Origin: an uncultured Gammaproteobacteria bacterium
GTDB taxonomy: Bacteria; Patescibacteriota; Patescibacteriia; UBA9570; CAZNEH01
Assembly (NCBI GenBank): GCA_964572175.1
Contig: CAZNEH010000002.1
Location: forward strand, 1,406-65,405
Length of the DNA: 64,000 bases
Direction: 5' to 3'
This document shows, one piece after another, positions 31,902 through 41,870 of this stretch. Position 1 is the stretch's first letter. Every line of letters begins with the position of its first letter. The position numbers and the translations under genes were made by a program. Below the pieces are notes generated by a model. That model made no database searches, was not told where the DNA came from, and was given only the letters and a program-made list of their open reading frames with translations.

Positions 31902-31930
31902 TTGTCAATACATAGAAAATATAATACAAT
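31902..31930 (+). promoter_or_regulatory. guaA promoter TTGTCA-N17-TACAAT
   Basis: Exact spacing, 6 nt upstream of the ATG at 31937. The -35 overlaps a possible divergent promoter for island C. Confidence 0.45.
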
Positions 31931-31936
31931 GGTTGT

Positions 31937-33631
31937 ATGAAAAAAGATCAAATCGCCATTTTAGACTTTGGCTCTCAATACACCCACCTCATTTGCCGTC
32001 GCTTGCGTCAACTTGGGGTGCAAGCAAAAATTTACCCGCCTACTATCGATACTAAAACTCTCCAGCGTGCCTGGGGAATTATTTTATCTGGTGGTCCCGC
32101 CAGTGTTAATAACAAGGCTATTCCCTTTAATGCCGCAGTTTTTAAGCAAAAAGTCCCTGTTTTAGGCCTCTGTTATGGTCATCAATTAATTACAGACTAT
32201 TTTGGTGGCAAAGTAGAACACGGCACTAACAAAGAATACGGACAGGCAAAAGTAAGTTTCAAAGAAGATATTTTATTAAAAGGTCTTCAGAAGAGCGAGC
32301 AGGTCTGGATGAGTCATTGGGACGTAGTCACTAAACTTCCGCCTAATTTTAAATCCCTTTCTAAAGACAATTCCGCGATCGTTAACTTAGAAGACAAGAT
32401 TTGGGGTTTACAATTTCATCCTGAAGTTCATCACACTCCAAACGGTCTAAGAATTTTTGCTAATTTTATCAAGATCTGTGGAGCAAAGAAAACCTGGAAC
32501 ATAAAATCTCTAAAAAATAAAATAATTAAAGAAATTCGTGCTACGGCTGGCAAGAAAAAAGTCTTTTTATTAGTTTCCGGAGGAGTAGATTCTACGGTAG
32601 CCTTTGCTTTACTAGAAAAAGCCTTAGGCAAAGACAGAGTTTATGGTTTTCATGTCGACAATGGCTTTATGCGCTTAGATGAAAGTAGTAAAGTAAAAAA
32701 GTTTTTAGCCAAAGCTGGATTTGACGACTTGAAGGTTTATAATGGAGAGCAAAGATTCCTAAAGGCAGTTAAGGGAGCAATAGATCCAGAAGAAAAAAGA
32801 AAAATAATAGGAGAGTTATTTGTCGAAATTGCTAACGAAGAAATGGCTAAGCTAGATATTGATAATTACTTGTTAGGTCAGGGGACTATTTACCCAGACA
32901 CTATCGAGTCTGGAGGCACCGAGCATGCCGACAAAATTAAAACTCATCATAATCGGGTCGACTTGATCCAAGAAATGATTGACCAAGGTAAAATCATCGA
33001 ACCTTTAAAAGATTTATATAAAGACGAAGTTAGAGAACTGGGTAAAGAATTAGGAATTAGTAAAGCCCTGCTAGAGCGTCATCCTTTTCCTGGTCCAGGC
33101 TTAGCAATTAGGGCATTATGTTCAAATGGCAAAGATCCTATTAAGAGCGTGGGAGTTCAAGGAGATGAACGTTCTTATAAAGAACCAGCTATTATTACAA
33201 AACTAGCTAGTTTTAAGCAACTTAACAAAAAATCAATAGCCATCACTAATAACAGTGATAAAGTAAATAGAGTATTATATTTAACTTATCCACAAAAATT
33301 AAGAAAATTAAAAACACATCCCAAGACTTTAACTAAAGATAGACTAGATTTATTGCGTCAAGCAGACGACATTGTAATGAAATTCATTAAGAGAGAAAAG
33401 ATTTCTAAAGAAATATGGCAATTTCCTACTGTTTTGCTACCTTTAGGCCAGAAAGGAGAGTCTTTAGTTCTTCGGCCAATAGAGTCTAAAGAAGCCATGA
33501 CTGTGAATTTCTACTCCATGAAAAAGGCTTTATTAAACAAATTAGTCAAAGAATTAGCTAAATTAAGCGAAATTGACTATATTTTCTACGATATCACCAA
33601 TAAACCTCCCGGCACTATTGAATGGGAGTGA
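31937..33631 (+). CDS. guaA: GMP synthase (glutamine-hydrolysing)
   Basis: GATase (GLCYGHQL), ATP-PPase SGGVDS P-loop, and the C-terminal PPGTIEWE. Confidence 0.92.
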   Translation: MKKDQIAILDFGSQYTHLICRRLRQLGVQAKIYPPTIDTKTLQRAWGIILSGGPASVNNKAIPFNAAVFKQKVPVLGLCYGHQLITDYFGGKVEHGTNKEYGQAKVSFKEDILLKGLQKSEQVWMSHWDVVTKLPPNFKSLSKDNSAIVNLEDKIWGLQFHPEVHHTPNGLRIFANFIKICGAKKTWNIKSLKNKIIKEIRATAGKKKVFLLVSGGVDSTVAFALLEKALGKDRVYGFHVDNGFMRLDESSKVKKFLAKAGFDDLKVYNGEQRFLKAVKGAIDPEEKRKIIGELFVEIANEEMAKLDIDNYLLGQGTIYPDTIESGGTEHADKIKTHHNRVDLIQEMIDQGKIIEPLKDLYKDEVRELGKELGISKALLERHPFPGPGLAIRALCSNGKDPIKSVGVQGDERSYKEPAIITKLASFKQLNKKSIAITNNSDKVNRVLYLTYPQKLRKLKTHPKTLTKDRLDLLRQADDIVMKFIKREKISKEIWQFPTVLLPLGQKGESLVLRPIESKEAMTVNFYSMKKALLNKLVKELAKLSEIDYIFYDITNKPPGTIEWE

Positions 33632-33637
33632 AAAATG

Positions 33638-33686
33638 TGCTATAATATAAGTATGAAACAAATTAAGGACAACCCTAGGGTTGTCC
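33638..33686 (+). promoter_or_regulatory. extended -10 promoter TGCTATAAT plus a 20-nt perfect palindrome GGACAACCCTAGGGTTGTCC in the leader of the giant protein gene
   Basis: Palindrome at 33667-33686, which is 12 nt before the ATG at 33699. Confidence 0.4.
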
Positions 33687-33698
33687 ATACATATTATT

Positions 33699-36600
33699 AT
33701 GGCTCAAAAAACAAAAAAGAAGGCATTTTACTTATCTAGCGCGGTTATTATTGCAATAATCAGCATTTTTTTATTTAATTACCCCCCTCAATCAGTAAAT
33801 GCAGCCGATGAATCAGTTTCTTGTAATTCTACCACCCTAGATCAAACCGCTTTAGATGCTTTAGCTGGAGATGCTGTTACTTTTACTGACGGTGGAGACG
33901 GTATTTGTATTTTTACTGGAACTTTAGGCGCTGCTTCTGTTACTGTTAACGCTGATGTTACTTTAACTCACAATGCTGAGGATGAAGATGGATTAAGTAT
34001 TACCACTGCAGATTATTTTCTCTTAAATGGAAACATAGACGTTGAGGGAAAAGGTTGTTCTGGCGGAGAAAATGGAAGCACTGATGGTCATGGTCCAGAC
34101 ACATCTACCGGGGTTTGTGCTCAAACTACTAGTGGTTATGGTAAGAGTGGTGATAGTGGAGGGGCACATGCTGGCTCTGGTGGCGAAGGACATTATGGTG
34201 GGGCAGTTCAATTAACAACTTATGGAGACTCCAACAATTCCTCTTTACTCGGATCTGGAGGTGGAGCTACCAGTAATCCAAATACTTATGGTGGAAATGG
34301 CGGCGGATTAATTGCTTTAACAATAGGAGGAACTTTAACTGTAAACGGTAGTATAAATGCTGATGGGCAAGATGGTTATGGAACAGCGAATCGTGGTGGC
34401 GGAGGATCTGGGGGTTCAATTAAAGTGACAACTACTACCTTAGCTGGGTCTGGGGCAATTTCTGTTGATGGAGGTAATGGTAATACAAATTACTCTGGTG
34501 GCGGTGGTGCAGGCAGGGCTGCAATTTATTATAATGATGCTAGCGGCTTTACTTTAACTAATATTACTGCTGCTAAAGGTTTAAAATCTTCTGGAACTAC
34601 TGGTAATGCCGAAGATGGAACCGTTGGTTCAATTTTTATCTTAGATCAAGATTCTGACATCTTAACTACTACTACTGGCTTAGAGCTGCAAGACGGGGAT
34701 GATTACACTAAATCCGAAATTACTTTTTTAGATGGTGCTCAAATCTGGTGTGATAGCTTTGCCACTCTTAATATCGGAGCCACTGGTACCTTAGCAATGG
34801 ATGATAATACCTGGACTTGTGACAGTGTTGATACTATAAATATGTCTGCTGGCACTTGGACCACATCTGGAACCAGTACCATGAGCTTTAATAAAGCAGG
34901 TAGTCAGGTAGATTGGGATATTTCTAATAATCTTACTTTAAATAACCTAACTTATAATGGAGGATATGCCGGAATCACTAGTGCTAGTGGCGGGCTTTTA
35001 ACTTTAGATAACCCCATTGATATTAATTTAGTAAATACAGATATTATTTCTAGTGTAGACTTGGACGCTACTAATCTAACTCTAGATGCTAGCTCATCTG
35101 TTAGCGCCAAAGGAACAGGTTGTGCCGGTGGAATAACTAGCAGTACCAATGGTTATGGACCCAATACCTCCACAGGAATTTGTACTCAAGGAGAAAGTGG
35201 TTATGGTAAAGGAAATGATGGAGGAGGGGCGCATGCTGGTGCTGGCGGTCGAGGAAATTATGGTGACGCTACCCAGTTAACAACCTATGGCAGTGCTGAT
35301 AATCCATCTTTATTTGGTTCAGGTGGAGGATCTAATGCTAATCCAAATAATTATGGCGGATATGGAGGAGGAAAAGTTTTTATTGATGTTACTGATACTT
35401 TGTCTGTAGCTGGAGATATAAATGCTGACGGACAAGATGGTTATGGTTCTGGTAGTCGTAGTGGCGGAGGCTCTGGAGGGGCTTTAAAAATTACTACTGG
35501 AACTTTATCTGGAGCTGGAACAATTTCTGTTGATGGTGGCAATGGTAATACAGATTACTCTGGTGGAGCCGGTGGCGGCCGAGCTTATGTTGGCTATGCT
35601 GTTAATGATTCATTTAATCTTTCTAATATTACTTCCACCAAAGGTTTAAAATCTTCTGGAACTCCTGGTAGTGCAGTTGATGGAGGCGATGGCTCTGTTT
35701 CTACCCTTGCTTACACCGCTCCAACACAACCAACTCTTAGTCCTTCAGACACATCTCGTAACATGGCCCTAACCAGCTCAGCTTATTCTTCAAATGGTGC
35801 TTCTCATACTTCTACTGATTGGTATGTTTGTACTGATGCTGCTTGTGATGCTAGTAGCCTAGTCTGGTACTCTGAAGATGATGCTTCTAACTTAGAAGCA
35901 GTAACTGTAAATACAACTAATGGAACTTTTGCCGGCACCTTGGCTGGTGAAACAAAGCTTGCTCCAGCAACTAGTCATCAAATAAAAGTTCGCCATACCA
36001 ACGCTGCTGGTGATTCTACTTGGAGTAGCTTTACCGGTCAAAGCACTCAAGCTAATAATGTTCCAAGTGCTCCTACTAATGTAGCTCCTGCAGATGCTAC
36101 CACTGACCAATCTAAAACTCCAACCCTAACTTCTTCTATATACTCAGATTCAGACTCAGATGATCATGGAGATTCTACTTGGGAAATATATGAATCTTCA
36201 GATTGTACTGGAGATAAAGCCTGGAGATCATTAGATGACTCTTCTAATTTAGAATCAATTGATACTTCTGCCGCTGGAACCTTTCTTGATGACTATGCTA
36301 CTCCAGGAGAATTAAAAGGGCACACTGAATATTCTTGGAAAGCTAGGCACGACGATGAATATTCTGGTCAATCTTCAGACTCATCTTGTACAAAATTTAC
36401 TACCTTAAACACCACTCCAACTGCCAATGCAGGCGCAGATCAAACCGCTACTGAAGGAGACGACGTAACCCTAAGCGGGTCATCTACAGATTTAGACTGG
36501 AACGACACAGTTACTGAAACTTGGATTGAATCACTTGATTCTTCAGATGCTTGTACTCTTTCTGGAACAACGGCCACTACTTCAGATAAAGAAACATCTT

Positions 36601-37490
36601 ACACTTGCCAATTCCAAGTTACAGCTGACGACGGTCAAGGTACTACAGATACCGACACTATGACTTTAACTGTCACTGCCGATAACGACGCTCCAACTAT
36701 GGGCACTCTGGCAGACGTTGTTGTAGATGAAGAACAAGCTCTTCTTATTGCCATTTCTTCTGCCGACACAGACTCATCTTCTTTAACTCTTTCAGCATCA
36801 ACCTTACCAACTGGCGCAGTCTTTACCGATAACGAAGACACCACTGGAAACATGCAATGGACTCCAACCTCAGATCAATCAGGAGCCTATGCTGTTACCT
36901 TCAGTGTTTCAGACGGCACAACTGCAGTCACTCAAAATATTACCATCACTGTAAACGACACAGTCCAAGACGAAGAGGAAGAAGAACCAGTTAACACTAT
37001 TGAAGACATTGGCTTAGTTTCTGGAACAGAATCAGGTCCTGGTATTGTCACTCTTTACGACAATGACAACGTAGAGCTATGCTCAGTTAGAGCTTGGAAC
37101 GAAGGTGGGTCAGTTCCATTCGCAGTTCGCTTCTTAGACACTACTTATGTGGCAGTTGTAAAAAATAAAGTAGGCACCACTATTCACCTTTACGATCTAA
37201 ATTGTAATATTATCGAGAAAAAAAGATTATCCCCCAAACTACATCCTCGTAACATTGTCACTAGAAACTTCTTAGGTAAAACTACTTCTCAAGAAATAGG
37301 TTTAACCTCACGAAGAGGAAGCACAGTATATGGTAAGATCTTCAGATATAATCCAAACAAAGACAAATGGTACTTACTAAGACAAAAAACATTTAGACCA
37401 GTTCCAACTGGATATAACCTAAAGAAAACCAAAAAAGGAAATATTCTCATCAAGAAAAACAATAAAACTCTCCACAAGTGGGAGATATAG
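33699..37490 (+). CDS. giant Gly-rich cell-surface protein (1263 aa), intact paralog of 10073-13878
   Basis: MAQKTKKK signal anchor, Gly-rich repeats, cadherin-like domains, shared C-terminal module. The ORF-track start at 33681 is TTG inside the leader palindrome. Confidence 0.8.
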   Translation: MAQKTKKKAFYLSSAVIIAIISIFLFNYPPQSVNAADESVSCNSTTLDQTALDALAGDAVTFTDGGDGICIFTGTLGAASVTVNADVTLTHNAEDEDGLSITTADYFLLNGNIDVEGKGCSGGENGSTDGHGPDTSTGVCAQTTSGYGKSGDSGGAHAGSGGEGHYGGAVQLTTYGDSNNSSLLGSGGGATSNPNTYGGNGGGLIALTIGGTLTVNGSINADGQDGYGTANRGGGGSGGSIKVTTTTLAGSGAISVDGGNGNTNYSGGGGAGRAAIYYNDASGFTLTNITAAKGLKSSGTTGNAEDGTVGSIFILDQDSDILTTTTGLELQDGDDYTKSEITFLDGAQIWCDSFATLNIGATGTLAMDDNTWTCDSVDTINMSAGTWTTSGTSTMSFNKAGSQVDWDISNNLTLNNLTYNGGYAGITSASGGLLTLDNPIDINLVNTDIISSVDLDATNLTLDASSSVSAKGTGCAGGITSSTNGYGPNTSTGICTQGESGYGKGNDGGGAHAGAGGRGNYGDATQLTTYGSADNPSLFGSGGGSNANPNNYGGYGGGKVFIDVTDTLSVAGDINADGQDGYGSGSRSGGGSGGALKITTGTLSGAGTISVDGGNGNTDYSGGAGGGRAYVGYAVNDSFNLSNITSTKGLKSSGTPGSAVDGGDGSVSTLAYTAPTQPTLSPSDTSRNMALTSSAYSSNGASHTSTDWYVCTDAACDASSLVWYSEDDASNLEAVTVNTTNGTFAGTLAGETKLAPATSHQIKVRHTNAAGDSTWSSFTGQSTQANNVPSAPTNVAPADATTDQSKTPTLTSSIYSDSDSDDHGDSTWEIYESSDCTGDKAWRSLDDSSNLESIDTSAAGTFLDDYATPGELKGHTEYSWKARHDDEYSGQSSDSSCTKFTTLNTTPTANAGADQTATEGDDVTLSGSSTDLDWNDTVTETWIESLDSSDACTLSGTTATTSDKETSYTCQFQVTADDGQGTTDTDTMTLTVTADNDAPTMGTLADVVVDEEQALLIAISSADTDSSSLTLSASTLPTGAVFTDNEDTTGNMQWTPTSDQSGAYAVTFSVSDGTTAVTQNITITVNDTVQDEEEEEPVNTIEDIGLVSGTESGPGIVTLYDNDNVELCSVRAWNEGGSVPFAVRFLDTTYVAVVKNKVGTTIHLYDLNCNIIEKKRLSPKLHPRNIVTRNFLGKTTSQEIGLTSRRGSTVYGKIFRYNPNKDKWYLLRQKTFRPVPTGYNLKKTKKGNILIKKNNKTLHKWEI

Positions 37491-37493
37491 AAT
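36907..37493 (+). repeat. large DNA repeat (copy c) encoding the C-terminal module
   Basis: See copy a. Confidence 0.85.
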
Positions 37494-37500
37494 AAAAAGG

Positions 37501-37539
37501 CCCCCTCTCCAGACGTGGAGAGGGGGTTTGGGGGTGAGG
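37501..37539 (+). repeat. GC-rich palindromic intergenic element, copy 5
   Basis: CCCCCTCTCCAGACGTGGAGAGGGGG + TTTGGGGGTGAGG. Followed by TGCTATAAT at 37548-37556. Confidence 0.7.
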
Positions 37540-37586
37540 CAAAAATATGCTATAATATTATTGTAAAAATTTACTATTTTTTATTT

Positions 37587-39740
37587 ATGGCTCGAAAAAA
37601 AACAGAAGACAAAAGAAAAAGGAGAAAGCGCGAAGAGGAGGAAGAAGACGATAAATTAATTAGTCCAGAAACTCAAAAAGGCATTGCTATTGTAGTTCTT
37701 TTTGCTGCGGCTTTAATCAGTATTTTATCTATGGCTGGCATGGCTGGAACTGGTGGAGAGTGGCTATCAAAAAGTTTTAAAGCCTTTTTTGGCTGGGGTG
37801 GATTTTTATTTCCCCTAGTTTTATTAATTTTAGGCTATTGTCTAATTTACCCAGATCGATACCGGATAAAAATTACTAACTGGATTGGCTTAGTTTTATT
37901 TTTTCTCAGTGCTTATGGATTCTTAAATATAGTCGGTGATGCTGGCGGATATTTAGGCGTAGTTTTAAGTTATCCTTTACAGCAATTACTAGGTTTTTGG
38001 GGTGCTTTAATTTTGATTATTGCTTTAGTAGTTGTTTCTTTATTATTATTATTTAATCTATCTATTCAAAGATTATTTTCTGGTCGAGATATCGCCTCAG
38101 ATTGGTTTTGGAAAATTAAAATGCTTTGGCTAAAATTATTTTCTAAGAACGACGAAGAGCCCGAGTCTCCTGACGAGGGTGAAGATGAAGAAGATATAGA
38201 ATTCAATGACCGTGAAATTAAAGAAGGAGATGAAGACGAAGATCCAGAACAGTTAGAGCTTATTGAAAAACCAAAAAAACGACCTTCTCGAAAAATTAAA
38301 TTACCAACTAATTTATTAGACAATAAAAAAGACAAGCCTCATGGCGGTAATATTGATTTAAATAAAGAAAAGATTCAGCATACTTTAGATAATTTTGGCA
38401 TTGATGTAGAAATGGGAGACGTTGAAGTTGGCCCAACTGTTACTCAGTACACCCTTAAGCCAGCTGAAGGCATTAAGCTATCTAAAATTATTACCTTAAA
38501 TAACGATCTCTCTTTAGCTTTAGCTGCTCATCCACTTAGAATAGAAGCTCCTATTCCAGGTAAGTCTTTAGTGGGCATTGAAGTTCCAAATAAAACCAAA
38601 GCTGTTATTGGCTTACGAGAGATCTTAGAGTCAAATGATTTTAAATCTTCTGATGCAGACCTAAAACTAGGCATGGGCGTAGATGTAACTGGCACCAGTT
38701 ATTTAGTTGATTTAGCCAAGATGCCTCATATGCTTATTGCTGGAGCCACTGGTTCTGGTAAATCTGTATGCATTAACTCTATTATTGTTAACTTGCTTTA
38801 TCAGTATGGACCAGATGATTTAAAAATAATTTTAGTAGATCCTAAACGTGTAGAATTCTCTCTATACAACGATATTCCTCATTTATTAACCCCAGTTATT
38901 ACCCAAGTAGACAAAACCATTAATGCTTTAAAATGGGTAGTTGCCGAAATGGATCGTCGTTACGAGCTTTTATCTCAAGCTGGAAAACGTGATATTAAAA
39001 GTTACAACAACTCTAATCCAGACCAGAATATGCCTTACTTAGTTCTCGTAATCGATGAATTAGCCGACCTTATGTCTACTGCTGCCCGCGATGTAGAAGC
39101 CGCTATTGTTCGCTTAGCTCAAATGGCTCGCGCCGTGGGTATTCATTTAATCTTAGCTACTCAGCGTCCTTCTGTAGATGTGATCACTGGTTTAATTAAG
39201 GCTAATATTACTTCTAGAGTTGCCTTCAACGTAGCCTCTATTACTGACTCTCGAACAATTTTAGATGGCGCTGGAGCCGAGAAGCTTCTAGGAAAAGGTG
39301 ACATGCTTTATGTTTCTGCCGAGCTTTCCAAGCCTAAACGCTTACAAGGCGCTTTACTGCACGAAAAAGAAATTCAACGCATTGTTAAATATCTTAAAGA
39401 CCAAGCTAAGCCAGAATACGACGAAGAAGTTACTGAAAGACAAGCTTCTCACTCTTCTCATGGCGGAAATTCCGCTGGCACTTCAGACGAGGAAGAAGAT
39501 GAATTACTTAGTGAAGCTAAAGAAGTTATTTTAAATGCTGGTAAAGCCTCAGCTTCTTTATTGCAGCGACGCTTACGCATAGGATATGCTAGAGCTGCTC
39601 GTATCTTAGATATTTTAGAAGAACATGGTTTTATTGGTCCGGCTGACGGAGCTAAACCAAGAGAGCTTTTGGCTCAATCCGAGGGAGTAGAGACAGAGGA
39701 GGGCTTTGAAGAAGATGAAGAAGAACATGACCAAGTTTAA
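37587..39740 (+). CDS. ftsK: DNA translocase FtsK/SpoIIIE
   Basis: N-terminal TM helices, Walker A GATGSGKS, Walker B VLVIDELAD, C-terminal gamma winged-helix. Start at MARKK (37587). Confidence 0.9.
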   Translation: MARKKTEDKRKRRKREEEEEDDKLISPETQKGIAIVVLFAAALISILSMAGMAGTGGEWLSKSFKAFFGWGGFLFPLVLLILGYCLIYPDRYRIKITNWIGLVLFFLSAYGFLNIVGDAGGYLGVVLSYPLQQLLGFWGALILIIALVVVSLLLLFNLSIQRLFSGRDIASDWFWKIKMLWLKLFSKNDEEPESPDEGEDEEDIEFNDREIKEGDEDEDPEQLELIEKPKKRPSRKIKLPTNLLDNKKDKPHGGNIDLNKEKIQHTLDNFGIDVEMGDVEVGPTVTQYTLKPAEGIKLSKIITLNNDLSLALAAHPLRIEAPIPGKSLVGIEVPNKTKAVIGLREILESNDFKSSDADLKLGMGVDVTGTSYLVDLAKMPHMLIAGATGSGKSVCINSIIVNLLYQYGPDDLKIILVDPKRVEFSLYNDIPHLLTPVITQVDKTINALKWVVAEMDRRYELLSQAGKRDIKSYNNSNPDQNMPYLVLVIDELADLMSTAARDVEAAIVRLAQMARAVGIHLILATQRPSVDVITGLIKANITSRVAFNVASITDSRTILDGAGAEKLLGKGDMLYVSAELSKPKRLQGALLHEKEIQRIVKYLKDQAKPEYDEEVTERQASHSSHGGNSAGTSDEEEDELLSEAKEVILNAGKASASLLQRRLRIGYARAARILDILEEHGFIGPADGAKPRELLAQSEGVETEEGFEEDEEEHDQV

Positions 39741-40392
39741 TCAAAAAAATATCAGCGCCCCTACTTTAGGGGAAAAATTATATCAGGTTCGCCAAGCTCA
39801 AGAGCTATCTCTCGAAGAAATTAGCTCTAAGGTTAAAGTTAAAAAAGAATACTTAGAATATCTAGAAAAAGGTCAGTATGATTTATTGCCCAGCGCTGTT
39901 TTTGTTGAAAATTATTTAAAAGTTTATTCTCAATTTCTACATTTACCATGGGATAAAGTTAAACAAGTTTATCAAGAAGAACAACTTGCTTTTAAACAAT
40001 CTCCAGAGCCCCCTAAACAATCTGCTAAGCATCACGGCCGCCCAGCCTTACTTCTTCCTAAGTTTATAACCCTAGCCTTAGTCTTTATAATTTTACTAGT
40101 TTTCTTTATTTATTTAGGCTTGCAGATTAATAATTTTTTACAACCCCCTTCTTTAGAATTAAGCAGTCCTACAGACAATATCACTATAGATGAGCGTTTT
40201 ATCGAGGTTACTGGTAAAACCGCTCCAGAGGCCCAAATTTTGATAAATAACCAGGAAATAGCTGTCGACAAAGAGGGTCAGTTTAATGAATTAGTGTCTT
40301 TACAGCCAGGATTAAATACCCTGGAAATAACTGCTAAAACCAAACATAGTAGGGAACAGGTTGTTTATAAACAGATCGTTGTGGATAACTAA
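39727..40392 (+). CDS. RodZ-like protein (N-terminal HTH, TM segment, C-terminal DUF4115-like domain); start uncertain (39706/39715/39727)
   Basis: LGEKLYQVRQAQELSLEEIS...LEYLEKGQYDLLP matches the RodZ HTH. Confidence 0.55.
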   Translation: MTKFNQKNISAPTLGEKLYQVRQAQELSLEEISSKVKVKKEYLEYLEKGQYDLLPSAVFVENYLKVYSQFLHLPWDKVKQVYQEEQLAFKQSPEPPKQSAKHHGRPALLLPKFITLALVFIILLVFFIYLGLQINNFLQPPSLELSSPTDNITIDERFIEVTGKTAPEAQILINNQEIAVDKEGQFNELVSLQPGLNTLEITAKTKHSREQVVYKQIVVDN

Positions 40393-40393
40393 A

Positions 40394-40422
40394 TTGACGT
40401 TCGGCTTTTGTTCGGTTATGAT
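40394..40422 (+). promoter_or_regulatory. recA promoter TTGACG-N17-TATGAT with an embedded candidate SOS box GTTCGGCTTTTGTTCGG (GTTC-N7-GTTC)
   Basis: 15 of 17 positions identical to the lexA box, in the same position between -35 and -10. Confidence 0.55.
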
Positions 40423-40457
40423 GTACACAGAGTTAGTTCCCTCTTAATAATTAGTAA

Positions 40458-40477
40458 AGACGCGATTAATCGCGTCT
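40458..40477 (+). promoter_or_regulatory. 20-nt perfect palindrome AGACGCGATTAATCGCGTCT in the recA 5' UTR
   Basis: Same core as the recA terminator. Lies 9 nt upstream of the ATG, with no SD between. Confidence 0.5.
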
Positions 40478-40486
40478 CAACAAAAA

Positions 40487-41494
40487 ATGAGTAAAACAAA
40501 ACAAGACTCCCGCGGTAAGGCCGCTCAAGAGGCTATCGACCAAATTAAAGAAAAATTTGGCGAAGGTTCTATTATGAAGCTGGGCGAGGCTAAGCAAATG
40601 AAAGTAGAATCAGTTCCTACTGGTTGCCTATCCTTAGACTTAGCCCTAGGAATAGGTGGCGTCCCTCGAGGTAGGATTATTGAAATCTATGGGCCAGAAT
40701 CTTCTGGTAAAACTACCTTGTCTCAACACATTGTCGCCGAGGTTCAAAAACTAGGTGGCACCGCTGCCTTCATAGATGCTGAGCATGCCCTAGATCCAGA
40801 CTACGCAGCTAACATTGGAGTGGACACTAAAAACTTACTTATTTCTCAGCCAGATACTGGGGAACAAGCTTTAGAAATTTTAGAAACTTTAGTTCGTTCT
40901 AACGGGGTAGACGTAATCGTTGTTGATTCCGTGGCTGCTCTTACTCCTAGAGCTGAAATAGAAGGGGACATGGGTGCTTCACACATGGGTCTACAAGCTC
41001 GTTTAATGAGTCAAGCATTAAGAAAATTAGCTGGGATAGTGTCTAAAACAAATACCTCTATCATTTTTATTAATCAGATTAGAATGAAGATTGGAGTCAT
41101 GTTTGGTAATCCGGAAACAACTACTGGTGGAAATGCTTTAAAGTTTTATTCCTCAGTACGTATCGAAGTTCGCAGAGCCGCTCAAATTAAAAAAGGAGAC
41201 CAAATCATTGGTAACCGAACCAAGGCTAAAGTAGTAAAAAATAAAGTTGCTGCTCCTTTTAGAACTACTGAGTTCGACATCATGTATAACGAAGGAATTT
41301 CTATTGCTGGCGACATGCTAGACACAGGCGTCCAATTTGGAGTTATTAATAAATCAGGTAATACCTACACCTATAAAGATAAAAAATTAGGAGTAGGTCG
41401 AGAAAATTCTAAAACTACTTTAAAAGCAGATAAAAAACTATTAGAAGCAGTTCGTAAAGAAGTTATAGAAGTAGTTGAAAAAGCAGAAGAATAG
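40487..41494 (+). CDS. recA: recombinase RecA
   Basis: GPESSGKTT Walker A, L1/L2 loops, full length. Confidence 0.97.
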   Translation: MSKTKQDSRGKAAQEAIDQIKEKFGEGSIMKLGEAKQMKVESVPTGCLSLDLALGIGGVPRGRIIEIYGPESSGKTTLSQHIVAEVQKLGGTAAFIDAEHALDPDYAANIGVDTKNLLISQPDTGEQALEILETLVRSNGVDVIVVDSVAALTPRAEIEGDMGASHMGLQARLMSQALRKLAGIVSKTNTSIIFINQIRMKIGVMFGNPETTTGGNALKFYSSVRIEVRRAAQIKKGDQIIGNRTKAKVVKNKVAAPFRTTEFDIMYNEGISIAGDMLDTGVQFGVINKSGNTYTYKDKKLGVGRENSKTTLKADKKLLEAVRKEVIEVVEKAEE

Positions 41495-41507
41495 AATCTT
41501 ACAAAAT

Positions 41508-41547
41508 AAAAAGTAGAGACGCGATTAATCGCGTCTCTACTTTTTTT
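41508..41547. terminator. bidirectional intrinsic terminator (long perfect palindrome AAAAGTAGAGACGCGATT|AATCGCGTCTCTACTTTT)
   Basis: A-run, a 14-bp stem, then a T-run. Serves recA (+) and the convergent minus-strand gene. Confidence 0.8.
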
Positions 41548-41561
41548 ATATTACAAGAAAA

Positions 41562-41870
41562 CTAGAAATTTAATTTCTTTGATAAATCATCTAATACTGG
41601 AATTGACCAATATTTTCCGTCCAAAGTATTAATAATGCTAATAATAGCCACTACTACTATGCCTAGTAATAAGATTTGTCCTAAAAATGGGATCCAGCCT
41701 AAAACAATGGCAGTAATAAATAATACCATCCCTTGTTTGGCGTGAGCCTGGCAAAACTTACTATCTTTTTTAGTTAACATAGGAATTAAAAATAAAATTC
41801 CAATATAACTTAGCATCGCTATTACTTTATTGTCATCAATATCTTTTTTTTCAAATTGCATTCTCTCCAC
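41562..41870 (-). CDS. small membrane protein (DUF4870-like)
   Basis: Two TM helices, AKQG motif. Confidence 0.5.
   Translation of the reverse strand: MERMQFEKKDIDDNKVIAMLSYIGILFLIPMLTKKDSKFCQAHAKQGMVLFITAIVLGWIPFLGQILLLGIVVVAIISIINTLDGKYWSIPVLDDLSKKLNF

Noticed and set aside
31455-32055. Plus-strand ORFs overlapping the island C gene and the guaA promoter
   Set aside because: Antisense to the better-supported gene, which has an SD and terminator. GC-driven.
2919-37586. ORF-track N-termini MERGWGRG (2919), MERGLGGEERRN (13987) and MERGFGGEAKI (37515)
   Set aside because: These are translations of the palindromic repeat element. Downstream ATGs (2943, 14023, 37587) give conserved N-termini.
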